IMG/VR virus record: IMGVR_UViG_3300021090_000016
Location: 3,552-67,551 of that record
Source: a virus
Reading direction: 5' to 3' (one strand)
Length of the DNA stretch: 64,000 nt
Shown here: in pieces, positions 57,277-64,000 of the stretch
How the letters are laid out: every line of letters starts with the position of its first letter
How positions within the stretch are numbered: the stretch's first letter is position 1
Notes under the pieces: model-generated
What the model was told of the DNA's origin: nothing
Seen by the model: only the letters and a program-made list of their open reading frames with translations
The model's database searches: none
Translations under genes and position numbers: made by a program

Positions 57277-57792
57277 ATGCACTTCGTTGGCTATGCCCCG
57301 CTGGGCGAGAACTTCGTGTTCCCTCTGTTGACCAAGGATTCCGTCAACGAGCCCCTGGAGCCGTCAAGCCTGCCTCCGTTCAGGGTGTACTCGGCGGCTG
57401 GGCTGATGGCTAATGGAACGGGCAGCGGCGCCAAGTTGAATACAGGCACGGTCACTGGTGCAACCAACGCCGCACCAATCGTCATTACCAGTACAGCGCA
57501 TGGTCTAAAGACTGGCACACAGGTAACGATTACTGGGGCTGTTGGCAACACGGCAGCCAACGGTACGTTTGTCATCACCAGGATAAGCGACGACACGTTC
57601 TCGCTGGATGGATCGACTGGGAACGGAACCTGGACCTCGGGTGGTACCTGGCATGTGTCTGGACTACACACGGTTACTGTCCCGGTCACGGAGGGCAACG
57701 GCTACGAGCCAGGGACCAGCTACTTTGTGCTGGTCGAGTGGGTCATTAGCAGTCAGACCTACGGAGACGTGTTCATTTTCACGGTGGTGTAA
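57277..57792 (+). CDS. Virion protein with FCCH-like beta module
   Basis: 'TGATNAAPIVITSTAHGLKTG..VTITG..GNTAANG.F'. Confidence 0.65.
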   Translation: MHFVGYAPLGENFVFPLLTKDSVNEPLEPSSLPPFRVYSAAGLMANGTGSGAKLNTGTVTGATNAAPIVITSTAHGLKTGTQVTITGAVGNTAANGTFVITRISDDTFSLDGSTGNGTWTSGGTWHVSGLHTVTVPVTEGNGYEPGTSYFVLVEWVISSQTYGDVFIFTVV

Positions 57793-58208
57793 TGTTCATC
57801 GGCCGCTACCAATTGGGGCAGTCGGTCCCGATCGCCGTCCAGACGGAGGGCGCTCCTGGCAAGCCCGAGCTGTCGGACGACGTGCCGGTTGCCGACCTGT
57901 TCACCGCAGCAGGCGCGCTGGTCCTGAGCAAGCGGCTGCCAATCGTAGATCGCTTTGGGGTAACAGGATGGTTCCTGCTGCCCGTCTTCCTGGATGAGAC
58001 GTTCGAGGAAGGCAACTACTTGGTGAATGTCCACTGGGCCGATGATGGGGACGCCAGGGCAAAGACGTACAGATTTGAGATCGTCCCAGGTGGGGATACG
58101 GACGGTGCTGTTGTAGCCATGCACGCCTACGATCGCCCGCATGGAAAGTTTCTTGTGCAACAACTCGACTCCGGCAGGATCGTTGCCGGACGCAACCCAA
58201 GACTGTGA
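57792..58208 (+). CDS. Virion-region hypothetical protein
   Basis: TAATG overlap. Confidence 0.55.
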   Translation: MFIGRYQLGQSVPIAVQTEGAPGKPELSDDVPVADLFTAAGALVLSKRLPIVDRFGVTGWFLLPVFLDETFEEGNYLVNVHWADDGDARAKTYRFEIVPGGDTDGAVVAMHAYDRPHGKFLVQQLDSGRIVAGRNPRL

Positions 58209-58216
58209 GAAGAGAC

Positions 58217-58777
58217 ATGAGCAAGTTCAAGTTCTTCAGCAATTTCGGAGCCCGGATTCGCGGCAGCCGCCCAAAGGTCAATGACCGGCTCCGCGTGGGC
58301 GGTTACTTCACCTTTACCGCTCGCAACAAGGATGGCTCGATCGCCTGGCAGGAGAAGTTGGTTCCGAACGGTGTTACGAACGCCGGGCTCAATGACCTGC
58401 TCGACGTGTACTTCGACGCAGGAACCCAGGACACTACCTGGTTCATCGGACTGGTAAACAACGCTGGGTTCACGGCGTTTGCTGCGGCTGACACCTCGGC
58501 GTCTCACTCAGGCTGGACTGAACTGACCGATTACACCGAAGCAACCCGCGTGGCCTGGGTGCCAGGCGAGCCTGCGAGCCAGTCGATTACTGGACCGGCG
58601 GCCACGTTTACAATCAATACCACTGTGGCCATTAAGGGCGCATTCCTGATAGGGATCGACACTAAGGGAGGCACCACCGGCATCCTCTTCGCCACAGGGG
58701 CATTTGGCTCTGTCCAGAACCTGGTGAATGCCCAAACGCTGGACGTAACGTATACATGTGCCGCAGCTTCAAGTTGA
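58217..58777 (+). CDS. Tail fiber-associated structural protein
   Basis: 'N.VTNAGLNDLLD', 'W.E...Y', 'TLDVTY' family motifs. Confidence 0.65.
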   Translation: MSKFKFFSNFGARIRGSRPKVNDRLRVGGYFTFTARNKDGSIAWQEKLVPNGVTNAGLNDLLDVYFDAGTQDTTWFIGLVNNAGFTAFAAADTSASHSGWTELTDYTEATRVAWVPGEPASQSITGPAATFTINTTVAIKGAFLIGIDTKGGTTGILFATGAFGSVQNLVNAQTLDVTYTCAAASS

Positions 58778-58792
58778 TGGAGGGTTTGAGCA

Positions 58793-59005
58793 ATGGCTGA
58801 CTTCTCCGACAGCTTCAGCAGCACGGTGACTGTAACGCCATCGACTGGCGGCATCACCAGACCCAATCTGGTGAGCCGCACCGTCACGCTTACTCCGACG
58901 TTTCTTGACGAACGCACGGTAACGCTGGATGACCACGTTGTCTCCATTCGTGCCAGGTTCCGGGCGTTCAGCGGGTACTTGGCTACCAAACGGTATCGGG
59001 AGTGA
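58793..59005 (+). CDS. Small protein with TVTxTP repeats
   Basis: GGAGG RBS. Confidence 0.45.
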   Translation: MADFSDSFSSTVTVTPSTGGITRPNLVSRTVTLTPTFLDERTVTLDDHVVSIRARFRAFSGYLATKRYRE

Positions 59006-59008
59006 CTC

Positions 59009-59167
59009 ATGAGGCTTGCGCGCATCACGTCGCAATACTTCTGCGCCAGCGTAGTAATTGGCGCGCGTGCTGCGCCGATCGTCCATTACATGGTGACATG
59101 GGGCGAAGATCGTATCAAGAGCTACTGCCAATCAAAGGGATGGGAGCTGTTAATCAAGGAAGTATGA
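59009..59167 (+). CDS. 52-aa conserved phage protein (RAAPIVHYM.TW...I..YC..KGW)
   Basis: Hand-translated; GGAG RBS. Confidence 0.55.
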   Translation: MRLARITSQYFCASVVIGARAAPIVHYMVTWGEDRIKSYCQSKGWELLIKEV

Positions 59168-59168
59168 C

Positions 59169-61190
59169 GTGCCCAACGATTTTTCCTCAACCCCGGAGGG
59201 TCTGCTCTTCATCGCCTCTGGGATGGACCCGGTGATGAAGTGGGACGGGCTTGACCCCCAGCTCACGACGGTTGGCGTGCGCGCTCCTGAAACAGCCCTG
59301 ACGCTTGCAGGCTCTGGCACCGGCACCATCACCGGAGCATACACCGCTTACCAGAGGTTTGTTGACGCGGACGGGAACTTCTCGAATCTCAGCCCGGTGT
59401 CAATCGAAGTGACGGTGGCCAGCGTGCTGACCATCACCTATACAGGCGTGGAGATCCCGCAGGAGGCGAAGATTGTCAGCCGCCAGATACTCCGTAACAC
59501 AGCAGGGCAGGCGGACACCTACTACGTGGATGTGGACACGACCGACCTGGGCGCGTCCACATTTTCCTCGACAAAGACCGACGCCTTGCTCTCTGCTGAG
59601 ACGGAAGTTCCCATATTCAACCCAGATGGGTCGGTTAACGCGAACCGTTTTGGCGTGCCCCCGAACCACAAGTCTCTTCTGGCGCACCATCTGGGCAGGA
59701 TGTTCGCAGCCGGCGAGGTGGTATACACGCGAGGGTGCGTGCAAGTCACGCTTGGCTCAACCACTGTGACCGGCATCGGGACCGAGTGGACGGAAGAAGT
59801 GGACGGTCGATTCCTTTGGGTAGCTGGTGCCCCAGAGAGTTACGAGATTGAGTCAGTCGATGTTGCTGCACAGACACTGACGTTGACGGCTGTGTACCAA
59901 GGATCGACCGACAAGTTCGCAGGCTACGGTATTCGCCCACCGCCAGCAGAGCGGAGGCTGCTCTACTACACCGAGGCTGGTCTACCTGAAGCCTGGCCCC
60001 CAACAAACGCTCTGCCGCTCCAAGAGGACGGTGATGAGATCACCGACCTGTACACGAACGGCGCCTACCTGTTCTTCGTAGAGCGCAGGCACATTTACCG
60101 GATGACGTTCAAGGACGATCCTGGTCTGGACGGCGGGATATTCCTTGCAGCATACCGTGGGTGCGTCAACCACAGATGCACAGTCATCGTCGAAGACATC
60201 GCTTATATGCTTGACGAGGTTGGAGTCCATGCCTTCGAGGGGAACGAATCCAAGCCGATCAGCCAACCAATTCAACGGCTGTTCAAGGGTGGCGACGAGA
60301 TTGACCTGAAGATCAACTGGCGGGCCAGCAGCTTCTTCCACGCGACCCACTACCCGCAGCAGAACACGATTCGGTGGTTCGTGGCTCTTGGCGGTGACTA
60401 CTTGCCACGGCATGCCCTGGCTTTTGATTTCCGGCGCGAGGCATGGTGGATCGAGGAGTTCAGGCACAAGGCTGGCGCATCGGCTGTCATGTTTCTGATG
60501 GGAGAGCCACAGGTCTACTTGGGGTCGGAGGGCAGGCGGGTCTTCGCCTTCTGGCAGGGAACACTGGACGGGCCGGCAGAGGGGGCTGGCGATGTCCGTG
60601 GAAGCGTTGGTTCGGCAACCTCAACCTCGATCACTGCCACGGGCGCCATCTTCCCCACCGCTGGCGTGGTCAACTCCCCGCTGTGGATCGTTAGTGGACG
60701 CGGCAAGGGACAGTGCCGGCAGATCGTCAAGGTGACAGGGAGCATCCTCTACGTCAAGGAGCCGTGGCTCATTGAGCCAGATGCAACGTCCACCTACCAG
60801 ATCGGAGGCATCCATTGGCGGTACAGGACTGGAGAGTTCCGCTTCATCCAGGATGAGCAGAACAACCCCAGGAGGGTAGAACTGCTCTTCACTCCAACAG
60901 AGGAAGGTGCGATAATGAACATGCGCATCTTCCTAGACCGATCAGACATCCCATCCGAGTGGACTGCCGACTTCGCGCTGGACGATGGGCGCGGGTTCTC
61001 GACCTACCGCAACAAGCCTGACGCCGAGATGGACCTGACCAAGAACAACGGCTTCTGCCAACACCGAATCGATGGATGCAAAGACTTCTACCTGGACGGT
61101 CCCAGGTTCATTCAGATTGAACTAGGAGGCGTTCAGAACAGTGATCCGGTGGAGATCCTCGGCATGGCGATCGATGGAGCAACCCAGTGA
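59169..61190 (+). CDS. Tail nozzle / tubular protein B-like (beta-propeller)
   Basis: 673 aa beta-rich protein; 'HLGRMF', 'PEAWP', 'GCVNHR', 'ISQPIQ' motifs. Confidence 0.7.
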   Translation: MPNDFSSTPEGLLFIASGMDPVMKWDGLDPQLTTVGVRAPETALTLAGSGTGTITGAYTAYQRFVDADGNFSNLSPVSIEVTVASVLTITYTGVEIPQEAKIVSRQILRNTAGQADTYYVDVDTTDLGASTFSSTKTDALLSAETEVPIFNPDGSVNANRFGVPPNHKSLLAHHLGRMFAAGEVVYTRGCVQVTLGSTTVTGIGTEWTEEVDGRFLWVAGAPESYEIESVDVAAQTLTLTAVYQGSTDKFAGYGIRPPPAERRLLYYTEAGLPEAWPPTNALPLQEDGDEITDLYTNGAYLFFVERRHIYRMTFKDDPGLDGGIFLAAYRGCVNHRCTVIVEDIAYMLDEVGVHAFEGNESKPISQPIQRLFKGGDEIDLKINWRASSFFHATHYPQQNTIRWFVALGGDYLPRHALAFDFRREAWWIEEFRHKAGASAVMFLMGEPQVYLGSEGRRVFAFWQGTLDGPAEGAGDVRGSVGSATSTSITATGAIFPTAGVVNSPLWIVSGRGKGQCRQIVKVTGSILYVKEPWLIEPDATSTYQIGGIHWRYRTGEFRFIQDEQNNPRRVELLFTPTEEGAIMNMRIFLDRSDIPSEWTADFALDDGRGFSTYRNKPDAEMDLTKNNGFCQHRIDGCKDFYLDGPRFIQIELGGVQNSDPVEILGMAIDGATQ

Positions 61191-61741
61191 GCTTCTTTTT
61201 TAAACAGGCCATCCGGTTGCTTCGCACGAAATGGAAGTCTCCGCAACTGCTTGCGGAAGAGCTTTACTCGATGTTCCAGGCGGACGTGCCAAATGAGACG
61301 GACCAGCCGGTCATCATTAACTCATCCTCCGACGACCCACCGTTGCAAGTAAGGGACTTCGGCGACGGGGATTTCCTGATCGAGTTCGGCGACAAAAATG
61401 GGAGTCTTGGAGGAATCATAGCCGATGAGAATGGACAGTTCCAGTTTGCTGATCCGCCGGCATCGGCAGGAGAATCGCCGACTCCGCAAGAGCCGGCGGA
61501 TGGGGGTGGTAGTGGTATCCCAGGGAAGATCACTGCCCACGTTTCCGGGTCGAACTATTCAGTTGCCCTGTATGGAAATGGACCAGATGCAGCAGTAACG
61601 GCAACGGTCACTGTTAAGCAGCTTCAGATTGCAACAGGCGAAGTGATTCCGACCAACACCTGGGTTCTTGTTGCCAAGCAGACTGTAAGCCAGGTTGACA
61701 TCTACTCGATGCAAGTTCCTGTGTGGCTAAACGATCTGTGA
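61187..61741 (+). CDS. Virion-region hypothetical protein
   Basis: GTGA overlap. Confidence 0.55.
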   Translation: MSFFFKQAIRLLRTKWKSPQLLAEELYSMFQADVPNETDQPVIINSSSDDPPLQVRDFGDGDFLIEFGDKNGSLGGIIADENGQFQFADPPASAGESPTPQEPADGGGSGIPGKITAHVSGSNYSVALYGNGPDAAVTATVTVKQLQIATGEVIPTNTWVLVAKQTVSQVDIYSMQVPVWLNDL

Positions 61742-61748
61742 GAACACC

Positions 61749-62630
61749 ATGGGAATTATGCTCGAAAAGGCACTGCGGTTGCCGGCGTTTAGGTTCAGTG
61801 CCGTATCGGGGTTTGTGTACCCGATGGAGGTGTACTCCTGGGCGAACAAGCTCATCAAGACCAGTGACCGCAAGAAGGCTCCGGTGGCGTGGCAGCCTAA
61901 TCAGGCAGCCAGCTATTACGGGCAGACTGAGGCGGCGTTCCTGGCTGCATCGAACAGGACAAGGGTTATACCAGATGCTCTGTGGGGTGAGCCTGGACGA
62001 AGACTTGTCGTTCCTCGTGCAGTGCTGCTCAATGAACCGTTGTTCTTCTACTCTTCGCTTTCTGACCTGTTTACTCCGTTGCATGATGCGCTTGCTGCCA
62101 AGAATGTATGGGTTGGGAGAGGAGTAGATTATGACGGCTGGACCGATGGCGCGCTTTCGATGACGTTGCCGCATGCCGCTGAGGAGGATACTAGCGACAC
62201 CACCCAAAACGGAACCTTTGTTAACACGGTTCCTATACCATCGCCAGAGGAGTGGGTTGCAGGCGAGATCATGTATGTCGATTATTGCGAGATGCTTGGA
62301 CAGATCAATGGTCCGTGGGCAGATTCAAATTTTGACTGGACACAAGTAGACGTGCATGTTAACCACCGACAACGATGGATTGATGTCGTACAGGATGCCT
62401 ACCCAAGATACGAACGGTTCCGCCACCATGTTTGTTTCAATGTGGACAATGTTTCAACCCCAAGTCCTGAGTGGACGGCTGGCAAACCGGCGTTCATTGC
62501 AGCGGTTACGGATGCTTGCGATGCGTTAGCGGCATACGGCGTTACGTGTACAGTCATTGAGAATATCACCAGCGTCGATCAGATCAAGGACGACATACGG
62601 AACGCCGTGACCGCGTTCTTCGACTTGTGA
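61749..62630 (+). CDS. Virion-region hypothetical protein
   Basis: ORF track. Confidence 0.55.
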   Translation: MGIMLEKALRLPAFRFSAVSGFVYPMEVYSWANKLIKTSDRKKAPVAWQPNQAASYYGQTEAAFLAASNRTRVIPDALWGEPGRRLVVPRAVLLNEPLFFYSSLSDLFTPLHDALAAKNVWVGRGVDYDGWTDGALSMTLPHAAEEDTSDTTQNGTFVNTVPIPSPEEWVAGEIMYVDYCEMLGQINGPWADSNFDWTQVDVHVNHRQRWIDVVQDAYPRYERFRHHVCFNVDNVSTPSPEWTAGKPAFIAAVTDACDALAAYGVTCTVIENITSVDQIKDDIRNAVTAFFDL

Positions 62631-62642
62631 CAGGAGTTTGCT

Positions 62643-63305
62643 ATGGGCATCCGAGACACAGGCTTTGGCCTCAACTACAACATGGGCTTCAAGGGCGGAC
62701 GTGGTGCCGGCAGTGGTGGCATTTCCACCGGGCAGAACGAGGCGCAGGGAGCGTTCGATCGCATCCAGCATGACAAGGATCTGGCTGGGGCGATGGCTCG
62801 CGCCAGGCTTCCGATCGACGCTCAGCAGTCACGGTTCAATCAGCTCTTCCCGTTCCTCCAGGGTCAGCTTGGAAACTTCCAGTCTGGTGCGTTTACAGCA
62901 GGTGGGCAGAGTGGGCCAGGTCCTGAATACAAGGCTGGCCCGATATGGAACCAGGACCAGATCCAGGGACAGGTGAATGCACTGCGGGCTTCAAACGATC
63001 AGTCCACGGCTGGACGCACTACACAGATGCAAAAGGAGCTTGCCGGCAGGGGGTTCGGCTCCAGCTCGCCCCTGGCAGCATCGCTGGCTGCTCAATTCCA
63101 GGGTCAGCGCATGGCTGAGAACACCAGGGGCGAGCGGGAAACGCGCTGGGGTGCTGCCGAAGGCAACGCCGCCCAGGAACTGAAGGGGTTTCAGGCACTT
63201 GAGCAACAGTTCGCCTCTCGTCAGGGAGAGGACATCGAACGCCGGAAGCCTTACATTCAAGGAATGTCTGGACTGCTTGCGTCGATTGCCAACCTATTTG
63301 GATAG
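62643..63305 (+). CDS. Internal virion (DNA ejection/pilot-like) protein
   Basis: Gly/Gln/Ala-rich; 'LAGRGFGSSS'; AGGAG RBS. Confidence 0.6.
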   Translation: MGIRDTGFGLNYNMGFKGGRGAGSGGISTGQNEAQGAFDRIQHDKDLAGAMARARLPIDAQQSRFNQLFPFLQGQLGNFQSGAFTAGGQSGPGPEYKAGPIWNQDQIQGQVNALRASNDQSTAGRTTQMQKELAGRGFGSSSPLAASLAAQFQGQRMAENTRGERETRWGAAEGNAAQELKGFQALEQQFASRQGEDIERRKPYIQGMSGLLASIANLFG

Positions 63306-63313
63306 GAGATACC

Positions 63314-63475
63314 ATGTGGTGGTCTATTCTGTTGTCATTGACTCTCACGCTGCTGAAGTGGCTTCTGTCTGAGGACGGTCCACTGAAGCCGAAAGATGAA
63401 GCCAAGCTACGTGAGTTCTTCGCTATCACCGACAAGGCCCGCCGGCAAACGCAGGCGCGAGGCATCGTTCTGTAG
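63314..63475 (+). CDS. Small protein with hydrophobic N-terminus, 53 aa
   Basis: Hand-translated; AGGAG RBS. Confidence 0.45.
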   Translation: MWWSILLSLTLTLLKWLLSEDGPLKPKDEAKLREFFAITDKARRQTQARGIVL

Positions 63476-63485
63476 GGAGTAGATC

Positions 63486-64000
63486 ATGGCAAGCTATCGA
63501 CAAGCATATGGTCCGCCTGACCCACGCGCCTACTCGCAGGGAAACGACGAGACTGAAGCGTTTCTCAACGCGCTTCGCCGTAACGCCGAGGTGACTGCGG
63601 TTGGTGGACCTGGTGCCAAGGTTGCTCAGAGTACGAGCCGCTACGTCCCTGGCAGCCTGGAAGAGATCCAGAAGGCGATGGCTGGCGGTGCGCCTCCGCA
63701 GGCAACAGGATGGCAGAACCCTGCCATGCAGGCATCGCCGTTCGCCGGGTTGCCAGGTCAGCCATCGGTGCGTCAAAGCGGCAACACCACTATCGGGGAG
63801 TTTCCAGCCACGCCGACTGACAACCCGTTCTTGAAAGCCTTGAGCAACATCAAGCCACTGGGAAGCGTTCGAGATGCCGAGGTTGCAATGGGACCGAGCC
63901 CTGTCTCCTGGACGATGCAGTATACAAACCCTGTTGAGTATGCCAGGTCACTGCAAGAGCGACAGGGAAAGGCGGCGGACCTATTCAGCGCGTCGCAGGG
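63486..64000 (+). CDS. Internal virion protein, 3'-partial
   Basis: GGAG RBS; frame open to the window end. Confidence 0.55.
   Translation, partial: MASYRQAYGPPDPRAYSQGNDETEAFLNALRRNAEVTAVGGPGAKVAQSTSRYVPGSLEEIQKAMAGGAPPQATGWQNPAMQASPFAGLPGQPSVRQSGNTTIGEFPATPTDNPFLKALSNIKPLGSVRDAEVAMGPSPVSWTMQYTNPVEYARSLQERQGKAADLFSASQ

Noticed and set aside
51846-61190. Diversity-generating retroelement or invertible tail cassette
   Set aside because: No reverse transcriptase, template/variable repeat pair or invertase was seen.
1-64000. Genome-wide TGA recoding (alternative genetic code)
   Set aside because: Many well-supported genes, including the capsid, terminase and portal genes, end at TGA with coupled downstream starts, and long ORFs are intact in the standard code. 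The 40913 TGA is a local case.

Overview
This window is most of a >64 kb temperate, podovirus-like dsDNA phage genome, cut open within its internal-virion-protein genes. The host is probably a Planctomycete, inferred from an HTH protein, the integrase and the lysis-region proteins. From 2.9 to 35.8 kb the genes run almost entirely leftward. This part holds a ParB-like protein, MT-A70 and Dam methylases, DUF5131, RusA, an initiator plus DnaC-like loader and a Sak4-like ATPase. It also holds a compact lysogeny module (excisionase, divergent promoters, small repressor, tyrosine integrase, and an attP made from the 3' half of tRNA-Arg(ACG)), a MoxR-AAA/VWA-metallopeptidase module and dozens of small early ORFs. 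A promoter- and repeat-rich gap at about 33.3-35.9 kb looks like the genome end. From 35.9 to 64 kb (plus 1-2.9 kb) the genes run rightward: scaffold, major capsid, decoration protein, tRNAs, glycosyltransferase, a non-canonical lysis/envelope cluster, terminase, portal, tail and ejection proteins. The top observation is a papain/C39-like peptidase gene split by one in-frame UGA. The UGA is followed by a hairpin with a GGUC apical loop resembling a bacterial SECIS element, so this is a candidate phage selenocysteine or readthrough switch. Several non-canonical tRNA-like RNAs are also present. All family assignments come from motif recognition by eye; no database searches were run.
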